The position numbers and the translations under genes were made by a program. The notes below the pieces were generated by a model, which was given only the letters and a program-made list of their open reading frames with translations, ran no database searches and was not told the origin of the DNA. From contig JADLEU010000364.1 in assembly GCA_020845955.1 (NCBI GenBank), positions 11,958 to 75,957 of the forward strand: a stretch of 64,000 nucleotides of DNA, written 5' to 3'. Origin of the DNA: Anaerolineales bacterium. Its GTDB lineage: Bacteria > Chloroflexota > Anaerolineae > Anaerolineales > UBA6663. How positions within the stretch are numbered: the first letter of the stretch is position 1; the number at the start of each line of letters is the position of its first letter. Positions 31,193 to 39,125 of the stretch are shown piece after piece.

Positions 31193-31313
31193 ACAGCCCA
31201 CACAATCTAGGGATCAAGTCCGTGCACAAGCGGCGCCAGAGGCCGGCGCCTGGCCAGGGAGCGCGCTTCGGGGAGGTTGATGGCTTTCGGCCGCGGGCCG
31301 GCCTCGGCGGACC

Positions 31314-32147
31314 TTAGCCGAGCTCGGCGGCAGCGGGCTCAACGTCGTGGTCGTCCAGGGTTTCCTCGGCGCCTGGGCGATCCCAGGCGGCGCCCCACTC
31401 GGTGGCCTCGTGGTAAGCCTGCTGGAACTCCTGCAGCCGATCGCGGCCGACGTAGACTTTACTCAGGTACTCCTCCGAGACGACGCTCGGCATCTCAAGC
31501 ACTGGGGGCGTGATGATGGACTCCTGCCCCTTCTGGCCGACCTTGACGTGCGGTCCCGGCACGAGGCGCATGTAGAACGCAAACCGAGGAAAGCGGTTCT
31601 GGCTGTTGGGCGCGACGCGGGCGGCCGCGGCGCGCTCTTTCTCGCGGGCGAGGCGGTAGGCCGCCTCTTGCGCCTTCTGCGAGAACTCGCGCAGCAGGCG
31701 CTCGAACTCCTGCGAGGCTTTGCCTTTGAAGGTGACGACGATGGGGAAGTCGAAGCCGTGCACGCCGCACAGCGCCTGCACGTGGCCGCGCATGCCTGAA
31801 TCCGCCACGTAGCCAGGGCGCGGGTAGTAGGTGGTGACGCCGTTGTAGACGACAAACCAGCGGAACCGGGTGCGGATGACGGCCAGGCGCGGCTTGTGCG
31901 CGGCCAGCACCGCTTCCGACTTGCCGCTGGAAAACCCTACGGTGGTGCGGCTCCAGCCGGGGGCCGGGGCAATGCTGTCGTCCAGATATTTAGCCGGCAG
32001 GATTACGCCGCCCGTGTGGGCGACCCCGCCCGCCGCGGCGAGCTTAGGATCGCCGTGGAGCCACTGAGCAACCGGGTACAAAGGACCGGTGGCCTCAATG
32101 GTGGTTTGGTCAACAATATCAATATCGTCGATGAAGTTGGGTGACAT
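31314..32147 (-). CDS. Uncharacterised 277-aa soluble protein with acidic C-terminal tail, under a LexA box
   Basis: Clean ORF; GGAGG 7 nt before ATG 32147; consensus promoter and SOS box upstream. Confidence 0.85.
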   Translation of the reverse strand: MSPNFIDDIDIVDQTTIEATGPLYPVAQWLHGDPKLAAAGGVAHTGGVILPAKYLDDSIAPAPGWSRTTVGFSSGKSEAVLAAHKPRLAVIRTRFRWFVVYNGVTTYYPRPGYVADSGMRGHVQALCGVHGFDFPIVVTFKGKASQEFERLLREFSQKAQEAAYRLAREKERAAAARVAPNSQNRFPRFAFYMRLVPGPHVKVGQKGQESIITPPVLEMPSVVSEEYLSKVYVGRDRLQEFQQAYHEATEWGAAWDRPGAEETLDDHDVEPAAAELG

Positions 32148-32262
32148 GCTTGCCTCCAAGTCAGCGGTTCAAGAATGAACAGATGAGCCAGGGGTTTCTG
32201 GGGCGCCGCGCTTCGGGGTTCGCGCCGAGGCGCGCAGCGGTACCTTGGAGTGACCAGGTATC

Positions 32263-32276
32263 AGAACATCTGTTCG
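32263..32276 (-). promoter_or_regulatory. LexA operator (Cheo/SOS box) CGAAC-AGAT-GTTCT
   Basis: Fits the GAAC-N4-GTTC core and CGAAC-RNRY-GTTCY pattern; lies 7 nt downstream of the -10, over the expected transcription start. Confidence 0.85.
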
Positions 32277-32283
32277 CAACCTG

Positions 32284-32312
32284 TTTATACAACAAGATTG
32301 GCCGCGATGCAA
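32284..32312 (-). promoter_or_regulatory. Sigma70 promoter TTGCAT-N17-TATAAA
   Basis: -35 at 32312-32307, -10 at 32289-32284, 17-bp spacer. Confidence 0.75.
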
Positions 32313-32390
32313 GAGGCAATTGAGCCGGCTTGGCGGCTGCTGTGTGGAGGCGCCGGTCAACTCAGCCAGGCGCCAGGCGGGCCGTTCCCG

Positions 32391-32399
32391 TGGTAGACT
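32391..32399 (+). promoter_or_regulatory. Extended -10 element (TGgTAGACT) upstream of vanZ
   Basis: TGn-TAnnnT about 50 nt before the ORF start. Confidence 0.45.
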
Positions 32400-32446
32400 A
32401 GCGGGGCGGCGTCCAGATACCTCTCAACCAAAAGGCCTAGTTTGCT

Positions 32447-32854
32447 TTGGAACCAAAACGCGTGGCGAAGCTTTTCTGGCGCTGGGGGCCGGCAGTGGCG
32501 TGCATGGCGCTAATTTTCGTGGTCTCAGCGCAGCCCAAGGCGCTCGTGCCTGACTTTGGCTCGTGGGATTGGAACCTCAAGAAGGCTGGCCACCTGCTGA
32601 TCTATGGCGCGTTGGCGCTGGCCTGGCAGCACGGCCTGGCCAATGGCGGCAAGCCCACCTTCTGGCAAGCGGCGCGGGCGGTGCTGTGCGCCGGCCTATA
32701 CGGCGCTACCGACGAGTTTCATCAATCCTTTGTGGCCGGACGCACGGCCATGCCAACCGACGTGGCCATCGATACCCTGGGAGCGCTGCTCGGGGTTTTG
32801 GCGAGCTGGGGCTGGCGCAGAGCGGCTGCCATCAACCGGGCGCCGCTGTGCTGA
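32447..32854 (+). CDS. VanZ family membrane protein
   Basis: KAGHLLIYG and DEFHQSFVAGR motifs, DVAIDTLG. Confidence 0.9.
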   Translation: MEPKRVAKLFWRWGPAVACMALIFVVSAQPKALVPDFGSWDWNLKKAGHLLIYGALALAWQHGLANGGKPTFWQAARAVLCAGLYGATDEFHQSFVAGRTAMPTDVAIDTLGALLGVLASWGWRRAAAINRAPLC

Positions 32855-32872
32855 GGCGCCGCGGCAAGCCGC

Positions 32873-33634
32873 TCATTCGAACTCCAGCTCGGCCAGGTCG
32901 TCTTCCTTCCATTCGCTGACGGCCAGCAGCAGGATGTCCCCAAAGGGCTTCTCCTGGCGGGCCTCGATCTTCCGGCGCTTGATCAGCTCCAGGACGGCCA
33001 GAAACGTCACCACCACCTCCATCCGGCTGCGCGCCTGGGCCAGCATGGCCTGAAAGCTGCCGCGCCCGCCGCCGCTCCGCAGCGCGTGCGCAATCAGGCG
33101 GATTTGGTCGCGGATGGTCACCGTGGGCGGCGCCACCACGGTGCCCAGCGCCGGCTTTTCAGGGTTGAGGGCCAGAGCGCGGCGCACCGCGTCCAGCAGG
33201 TGCAGCGGGGTGACACCGCTCAGGTCGAGCTGGGCCTCGACCTTGGGCGGCGGCGCCAGTCGAAGGTATGTGCGCAGGCCGGCTGCCTCGCGCTCGTGCA
33301 GCAGCAGGGCGATCTGCTTGTAGCGCTTGTACGCAATCAACTGGCGCGCGAGCTCGTCGCCAAGATCTTCTTCTCCGGGCTGCCGTTCCACCGGCCGCGG
33401 CAGCAGCGCCTCGCTCTTGATGAGGATCAGGCGGGCCGCAATCACGAGGAAGTCGGCAATATCGCCCAGGTCGAGCTGCTCGAGGACTTTAAGGTAGCCC
33501 AGGAATTGGTCGGTGACCTGGGCCAGCGCGACGCGGGTGATGTCGAGCTCATCACGCTCGATGAGCTGGAGCAGCAGGTCGAGCGGGCCGGCGTACACCG
33601 GCAACTGCACCGTATAGTCTGGTTTCGATGCCAT
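32873..33634 (-). CDS. scpA: Segregation and condensation protein A (kleisin)
   Basis: YAGPLDLLLQLI, DFLVIAARLILIKSEALLP, VVTFLAVLELIK. Confidence 0.95.
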   Translation of the reverse strand: MASKPDYTVQLPVYAGPLDLLLQLIERDELDITRVALAQVTDQFLGYLKVLEQLDLGDIADFLVIAARLILIKSEALLPRPVERQPGEEDLGDELARQLIAYKRYKQIALLLHEREAAGLRTYLRLAPPPKVEAQLDLSGVTPLHLLDAVRRALALNPEKPALGTVVAPPTVTIRDQIRLIAHALRSGGGRGSFQAMLAQARSRMEVVVTFLAVLELIKRRKIEARQEKPFGDILLLAVSEWKEDDLAELEFE

Positions 33635-33640
33635 GCAGCC

Positions 33641-34186
33641 TCACTTCGCCCAGGCAGCCACTAGCCAGACCGCCGCGACCGCGCCCATCACAAGCAGCGC
33701 GACTATAGCGACTGCCAGCAGCAGGCCGCGCTGCTGCCGATCACGGCTCCGCGCGGCGTCAGCCAGGAGCGCCTGGCGGCGCGCCTCAATCGCCTCCAAT
33801 TGCGCCAGCCGGCGCTGCGAAGCCTCGGCTTCATGCGCCTTGATCGCGCCGGCCTCGCGCGCCAGAGCGTTCAGGCGCTCCGCGGAATCTCCAGCGAGCC
33901 GCGCGCCTAACATGGCGACAGCATCCAGGCTGCGGCCGCAGGCGACGCAGTGGTCGGCGCCGCTCCAGTTGGCGGCCGAACAGCCGGGGCACTGGCGCCG
34001 TAGGCCGCGGCAGCATCGGGCGCAGGCCTCGGCCTCGAAATCGGCATTCACCCACTCACAGTCCGGGCACACCAGGCCGGCCAGTTCATTTAGCGTGCCG
34101 CAGAAGCGGCACAGCGCCGCGCTCGGGGCGCGCGGCTCGAGGCCGGCACCCTGGCAATGCTCGCAGAGCAATTCGCTGAGCTGCAC
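33641..34186 (-). CDS. Multi-zinc-ribbon protein with coiled coil and C-terminal TM anchor
   Basis: Six CxxC pairs (CEHC, CRFC, CPDC, CARC, CPGC, CVAC); hydrophobic C-terminus. Confidence 0.8.
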   Translation of the reverse strand: MQLSELLCEHCQGAGLEPRAPSAALCRFCGTLNELAGLVCPDCEWVNADFEAEACARCCRGLRRQCPGCSAANWSGADHCVACGRSLDAVAMLGARLAGDSAERLNALAREAGAIKAHEAEASQRRLAQLEAIEARRQALLADAARSRDRQQRGLLLAVAIVALLVMGAVAAVWLVAAWAK

Positions 34187-34188
34187 GG

Positions 34189-35859
34189 CTAGCGCTCTCG
34201 CGGCTCCAGCAGCCGGTACAAGAACCCGTTCATCTGGATTTCGGTCAGCGGTTGATAGTGGGCGCCCAGGGCTGCCAGCACCGGAGGCGGGTAGAACTGT
34301 GCCCGCAGGATGACGAGGCCAAAGGCGTGCGCCTCGATCATGGCGATCTCATTTGCCGGGTCGAACAGTCCGGCTTGATACATGACCAGCTGAGGAAAGG
34401 CGTTGGTGACGATCGGCTTACCGGCGCGAAACATGAAGCCGGCTTCCTCGGAGAAGACCGGGCCGGTGGCGGCCCGCGCCAGGGCCGCGATCCGATCGCC
34501 GGCCGCGATGTCTGCCGGCGTGGGGTGCGGGCCCAACTGGGTGTAGCCTTGCGAGTCGTAATAGCCCGCTTCGGTCGGCACGCCCAGCAGGCGCGCCACC
34601 GGCCCGTAGACGGGTCCGGTGGTCGGTAGGTGCAGGTTGAGCCGTGCCTGGGCCAGGTAGAGGGCAGGGATCGCAATGGCCAGGACAGCGGAGGCGCGCG
34701 CGCCCTGCCGCTGCCAGCGCCGCGGCGCTTGCTCCCACAGCCGGGCCAGCGCTACGCCGGCGAGCGCGCAAGCGGCGGCGGTCGTCGTGACAAAGTACGA
34801 CTCACCTGCCCCGAACTTCCCCGACAACACCCCATTGGCTAGGGCCGCTGCAAACCAAACGCCATAGACCGTCAGCCGCCCGAGATAAATCTCGTAAGCC
34901 AGCCGGGCGACCGCCACGACCACGCTGAAGAGGTGCAGCTGCATCCATTGGCGATAAAACGCCAGGGCCTGGTTCGGGTCGAAGGCATTGAGGTTGGCCC
35001 GGATAATGCTGATGGTCCACTGCCCGCCGGTCGCGAGGTCGATGCCGAGATAGAGCAGTCCGGCGGCCGCGGCTAAGCCAGCGCCAGACAGAATGGCGCG
35101 GCGCGGCCCGCGCAGAAACAGGAAGCCCAGCGCGGCCATGACGGTGGCCAGCGCTAATTGCTTGGTAAAGCCGGCTGCCAGCAGGCCAGCCAGCCCCAGC
35201 CAGAAAGCGGGCTGGCGGCGCCAGGCACGCCCGGGCTGGCGATCGATCTCGGCCAGCGCCACAATGGCCAGGACTTCAAAGGCCACCATGGTCATGTGCT
35301 GGCGAAACAGGGGACCGACGTGAAAGGTGTAGTTCGAGGCCAAGAAAGTGAGGCCGGCCAGGCCACCGACGAGGCGGTTGCGGCTGGCGCGAAACACGCC
35401 CCAGCCCAGCGCGGCCGCGGCCAGCAGAGACGCCGTGAAGCTTACCAGGCGGCCAGTCCACAATTGTGGTCCAAAGGCCCACACCAGCGGCACAGTCAGC
35501 AAGTGGAACAGGGGCGGGTAGATGGACGTGTAGAAGGGAAAGACCTGGCTGTCTCGGTACGGCCATTCGCCCCGCGCATGCAAGACTGTGTCGTAGAGCT
35601 CAAACCCTTCACCCTGATCGTAGTCGTACGGGAAGCGAAACAACGCGCGGGCATAATCCCCATAGATGACCAATTGCGCCAGGAGCGCCACTAGCGCCAG
35701 GGCAAACAGCGCCACTGCTAGCATTCGCCAGGGCCGCGGCGCCGCCGCCAGGAGTTGTCGGGCTCCGGCCGGCGCCGGCGCCGCCAGCGCCGGGACTGGC
35801 CTGGGTGGCTCGGGGGGATCGGCCGGCAAGGCAGCGGGGGGATGTGCGGCCGGGTTCAT
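34189..35859 (-). CDS. GT-C-like (ArnT/GT39) membrane protein
   Basis: YDYDQGEGFELYD loop, IYPPLFH, GRLVS, AGFTKQ; many TM segments; ATG 35859 overlaps the upstream stop. Confidence 0.78.
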   Translation of the reverse strand: MNPAAHPPAALPADPPEPPRPVPALAAPAPAGARQLLAAAPRPWRMLAVALFALALVALLAQLVIYGDYARALFRFPYDYDQGEGFELYDTVLHARGEWPYRDSQVFPFYTSIYPPLFHLLTVPLVWAFGPQLWTGRLVSFTASLLAAAALGWGVFRASRNRLVGGLAGLTFLASNYTFHVGPLFRQHMTMVAFEVLAIVALAEIDRQPGRAWRRQPAFWLGLAGLLAAGFTKQLALATVMAALGFLFLRGPRRAILSGAGLAAAAGLLYLGIDLATGGQWTISIIRANLNAFDPNQALAFYRQWMQLHLFSVVVAVARLAYEIYLGRLTVYGVWFAAALANGVLSGKFGAGESYFVTTTAAACALAGVALARLWEQAPRRWQRQGARASAVLAIAIPALYLAQARLNLHLPTTGPVYGPVARLLGVPTEAGYYDSQGYTQLGPHPTPADIAAGDRIAALARAATGPVFSEEAGFMFRAGKPIVTNAFPQLVMYQAGLFDPANEIAMIEAHAFGLVILRAQFYPPPVLAALGAHYQPLTEIQMNGFLYRLLEPRER

Positions 35860-36068
35860 GCGGGCCGATGGCCAAGCGGCAGCAAACTCAATCCGAAGGC
35901 GGCGAGGAGGCCAGCGGCGGCTAACGCCTGGCGCTGCACAGGGCCCAGGCCGCCGAAGCGGCCGGCGCCAACCAGGTCGGCGCCAAGCGTAAACAGCGCC
36001 AGGACGCTCCCGGCCAACAAGCACAGGCAGCCCAACTGGCGCTTGGTGAGGGGTGGATCGGAGAGCAC
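35856..36068 (-). CDS. Small two-TM membrane protein (70 aa), probably leaderless
   Basis: MLSDPPLTKRQLGCLCLLAG...LPLGHRPA; GTG lies 6 nt after TATAAT; ATGA overlap with the next gene. Confidence 0.72.
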   Translation of the reverse strand: MLSDPPLTKRQLGCLCLLAGSVLALFTLGADLVGAGRFGGLGPVQRQALAAAGLLAAFGLSLLPLGHRPA

Positions 36069-36074
36069 GCCGGC

Positions 36075-36083
36075 ATTATAGCA
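36075..36083 (-). promoter_or_regulatory. Extended -10 promoter (TGcTATAAT) of the scpA-containing operon
   Basis: Perfect TGn-TATAAT. Confidence 0.72.
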
Positions 36084-36172
36084 TTTTGGTCGCGACCGCC
36101 GGCCGTGCAACCGGCCAGCAGCCCGCGCGTAGTAGTGGTCAGACTGGCATGTATGAAAGGCAGACTCTGATG

Positions 36173-36670
36173 ATGGCGGAATTGCAAGGCATGTCCCCGA
36201 CCCAAGATGAGCGCAACTGGGCGATGCTGGCTCACCTGACGACCTTGCTGACACTGGGTTTGGCCGCTTCGACCGGTGGGGCCGCTTACGCCTCTGCCCT
36301 GCTGGCGCCCCTGGGAATGTACCTTTACTTTAGCGGCCGCTCGCGATATGTGGCGTTTCACGCCTTGCAGTCGACGGTCTTCCAGGCTCTAGCGGGGATT
36401 GTGTATGTGCTCGTCGGCGGCGTGGTGGGCGCGGCCATTGCGACCGCCTGGGTGGCGGCTGGCGTGTTGAGCCTGGTGCTGGTCGGCCTGCTGCTGATGC
36501 CGCTGGCGCTGGGGCTGACGCTGCTCGGCGGGGCGCAATTGGCGGCGCTGCCGCTGCTGGCGCTGGCCTATGCGCTGCGTGGGGCCTACCTCGCCTACCA
36601 AGGTGAAAGTTTTGAGTACCCCTGGGTCGGCCGGCTGGTCGCCCGGAGCCTGGGGCCAGCCAGTGCCTGA
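36173..36670 (+). CDS. DUF4870 family membrane protein
   Basis: DERNWAMLAHL, SRYVAFHALQS, FEYPWVGR; start could be 36149, 36170 or 36173. Confidence 0.85.
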   Translation: MAELQGMSPTQDERNWAMLAHLTTLLTLGLAASTGGAAYASALLAPLGMYLYFSGRSRYVAFHALQSTVFQALAGIVYVLVGGVVGAAIATAWVAAGVLSLVLVGLLLMPLALGLTLLGGAQLAALPLLALAYALRGAYLAYQGESFEYPWVGRLVARSLGPASA

Positions 36671-36758
36671 GCCGGGCCGAACCGCAGTGACAGGGCGCAC
36701 ATGGGCCGCGCGCTGCCGGCAGCGCGCGGCCCGTGTGCGTGCCGGCTCAGCCGGCGGT

Positions 36759-37049
36759 CTAGCGCAGGATCAGGTAGCGCCCCAGCAGCAGCACGAAGAA
36801 GACTGGCACGAGGAGGATGATCCAATACCAGAAGCTGTCGTAACGCAGGTGCATGTAGTACAAGACCACCAGCGCAGCCTTGATGATGGCCACCGTCACC
36901 AGCAGGCTGACCTTAATGGATTCAGGCAGGGCGCTGGCCGCCACGAGCACTTCAATGGCGGTCATGACGGCTAACCAGCCGAATACGATCAGATAGGTGC
37001 GGGCGGGGATGTGCGGTTGGGCGGTCTTAGCAGAGGAAGAGTGGGTCAT
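36759..37049 (-). CDS. ctaF: Cytochrome c oxidase subunit IV (caa3-type)
   Basis: YLIVFGWLAVMTAIEV, KAALVVLYYMHLRYD. Confidence 0.88.
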   Translation of the reverse strand: MTHSSSAKTAQPHIPARTYLIVFGWLAVMTAIEVLVAASALPESIKVSLLVTVAIIKAALVVLYYMHLRYDSFWYWIILLVPVFFVLLLGRYLILR

Positions 37050-37061
37050 GGGCGGGGGGCT

Positions 37062-37838
37062 CTAGATGAGATAGACCAGGGTGAAGATGATGATCCAGAC
37101 GACGTCGACGAAGTGCCAGAACAGGCCGAAGATCTCGACGCCCAGGTAATGGCCGGCGGTGAAGCCGCCCCGCCGCGTTCGCACGACAAGCACCAGCGAC
37201 CAGATCACGCCGGCCGTGACGTGCAGGCCGTGGTTGCCCGTGAGGATGTAGAAGGCCGAGGCAAACTGCGAACTGCCGAAATTCAGGCCCTCGCGCATCA
37301 GCTTGGAATACTCGTATGCCTGGATGCCGACAAAGGTGGCGCCCAGCAGTGCCGTGATGGTGAGCCAGCGGGCTAGGCCGGTAGGCCGGCCGGCCTGGAT
37401 GGAGTTCAGTCCAAGCACCACGGCCAGGCTGCTGAGCAGCAGGATGAAGGTGTTGGCCGAGACCAGCAACAACGAGGCGAGGGGCTCGGTCAGGAGGCTG
37501 TGCGCTTCAGGCTCGTGGAACCAGATGGCCACCACGCGCCCGATCAGCGCCCCAAAGATGATGACCTCGGTGCCCAGGAAACACCACATGGCGAACTTGG
37601 CCGCCACGGCAGGGGTTTCCGTCGGCTGCAGGCGTTCACGGATGTTGCCCCATAACCAGCCGCCCGTGGCAGCCAGGATAACGGCCAGCCCAGCTGCCAA
37701 AAGATAATAGATTTGGGTGATGAAGCTAAAGGCAATCAACATAAAGCCGGCGCCCCAAATCAAGGGCATAATCGACGGCTTGGGCAGGTGGACACCCTCA
37801 GTGTGTTCAACAGCGTGCGGCTCGATCGATTGGCTCAT
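37062..37838 (-). CDS. ctaE: Cytochrome c oxidase subunit III
   Basis: MWCFLGTEVIIFG, NTFILLLSS, FYILTGNHGLHV, LFWHFVDVVWI. Confidence 0.93.
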   Translation of the reverse strand: MSQSIEPHAVEHTEGVHLPKPSIMPLIWGAGFMLIAFSFITQIYYLLAAGLAVILAATGGWLWGNIRERLQPTETPAVAAKFAMWCFLGTEVIIFGALIGRVVAIWFHEPEAHSLLTEPLASLLLVSANTFILLLSSLAVVLGLNSIQAGRPTGLARWLTITALLGATFVGIQAYEYSKLMREGLNFGSSQFASAFYILTGNHGLHVTAGVIWSLVLVVRTRRGGFTAGHYLGVEIFGLFWHFVDVVWIIIFTLVYLI

Positions 37839-37874
37839 GCAAAGCGCTCCCGCGGCGAGTAACGAATGGGAGAC

Positions 37875-37883
37875 ATTCTATCA
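37875..37883 (-). promoter_or_regulatory. Extended -10 element (TGaTAGAAT) for ctaE-ctaF
   Basis: TGn-TAGAAT 37 nt upstream of the ctaE ATG. Confidence 0.6.
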
Positions 37884-37925
37884 TTATCAGCTGCAAAAGA
37901 AAAACGCGGAGGTAGTTGGTGCAAT

Positions 37926-37954
37926 TTGACGCAATCCTGACGATTGCATATAAT
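37926..37954 (+). promoter_or_regulatory. Near-consensus sigma70 promoter TTGACG-N17-TATAAT for ctaC-ctaD, overlapped by two inverted repeats
   Basis: -35 at 37926-31, -10 at 37949-54; GCAATC-N5-GATTGC at 37931-47; CGATT-N6-AATCG at 37941-56. Confidence 0.8.
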
Positions 37955-38015
37955 CGCAGCTACCTGGTAGTCGTGGTCCCGCGTATTAATCTCCCATAAG
38001 CGCTCGGAGGCCAGT

Positions 38016-39101
38016 TTGAAAAAGCCTTTGTCACGCCGATGGCTGATTGCATCGCTTCTTCTTCTGTTGTTAGCCCTGGCGATCCCGATGGCGGCCGCGG
38101 TCGCTCAGTCAGGCCCGGGCGCTTGTCCGCCGTTGTGCATGGTCTCCTTTGAAACGCCCTCGATCTTCAATCCGGCCTCGTTCGAGGCGGGGCGCATCGA
38201 CGCGCTGTTTCGCTTTATCCTGATCGTTGCCACTCTCACCTTCGTGTTGGTGGAAGGACTGCTGTTCTTCGCCGTGTGGCGCTTCCGCAACCGCCCGGCC
38301 GAGGCGGCGGTGCAGGTGCACGGCAACACCAAGCTGGAGATCGCCTGGACAGCCGCGCCGGCGGTAATCCTGATGGTGCTGCTTGGGTTTACGTTCCAGA
38401 CCATGGGCGAGGTCAAAGCCGTCACCGGTGGCAACGTGCTGCACGTCAAGGCCATCGGGCACCGCTGGTGGTGGGAGTTCCGCTATCCAGACCTGCAGAT
38501 CGTCACTGCCAACGAGCTGGTGGCGCCGGTGAACACCGTGGTTGAGGTGGCCGTTGAATCAGTCGACGTGGAACATGGATTTTGGGTGCCCGAGCTGTTC
38601 GGCAAGGTCGACGCCGTGCCCGGCTATACTACACGCGTGCGGTTCACGCCGACCGAGATCCGCAATGATTACTACGGCGGCCAATGCACCCAGTTCTGCG
38701 GTAGGCAGCACGCGCAAATGCGCTTCGCGGTTGTGGTGCGCTCGGCGGCCGAATTCCAAAACTGGGCCGCGTTGATGCAGCGCCCCGAGGGCGGGCCGGA
38801 AGTGGTGAGCGGAGGCGCGGCCGCCGGTCGCGAGTTGTTCCTGACGCCGACCAGCCAGTGTATCGGCTGCCACACGGTGGCGGACACGACGGCGGTCGGC
38901 GTGACCGGCCCCAATCTGACGCACCTGCGCAGCAGAGGCTTCATCGCCGGCGGCGTGCTGGCGAACACCCCGGAGAACCTGAAGGCCTGGGTGACCAACG
39001 CGCCCGGCTTTAAGCCAGGTACGGTGATGCCGAGCTTTGCTAACGTCTTTACCCCCGAGCAGGTCAACGACCTGGTGGCGTACCTGAACACCCTGCGCTA
39101 G
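38016..39101 (+). CDS. ctaC: Cytochrome c oxidase subunit II with C-terminal cytochrome c (caa3-type)
   Basis: HGNTKLEIAWT, HRWWWEFRY, DVEHGFW, CTQFCGRQHAQM CuA site, CIGCH heme c motif. Confidence 0.95.
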   Translation: MKKPLSRRWLIASLLLLLLALAIPMAAAVAQSGPGACPPLCMVSFETPSIFNPASFEAGRIDALFRFILIVATLTFVLVEGLLFFAVWRFRNRPAEAAVQVHGNTKLEIAWTAAPAVILMVLLGFTFQTMGEVKAVTGGNVLHVKAIGHRWWWEFRYPDLQIVTANELVAPVNTVVEVAVESVDVEHGFWVPELFGKVDAVPGYTTRVRFTPTEIRNDYYGGQCTQFCGRQHAQMRFAVVVRSAAEFQNWAALMQRPEGGPEVVSGGAAAGRELFLTPTSQCIGCHTVADTTAVGVTGPNLTHLRSRGFIAGGVLANTPENLKAWVTNAPGFKPGTVMPSFANVFTPEQVNDLVAYLNTLR

Positions 39102-39125
39102 CGCTGTTAGGAGCAAAGGACGCTA

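Noticed and set aside
37870-37888. Fur-box-like GATAATGATAGAATGTCTC upstream of ctaE
   Set aside because: 13/19 match concentrated in one half, explained by overlapping -10-like hexamers; no dyad symmetry
37926-37939. FNR/CRP-type site at the ctaC promoter
   Set aside because: TTGA half is just the -35 element; the TCAA half is absent
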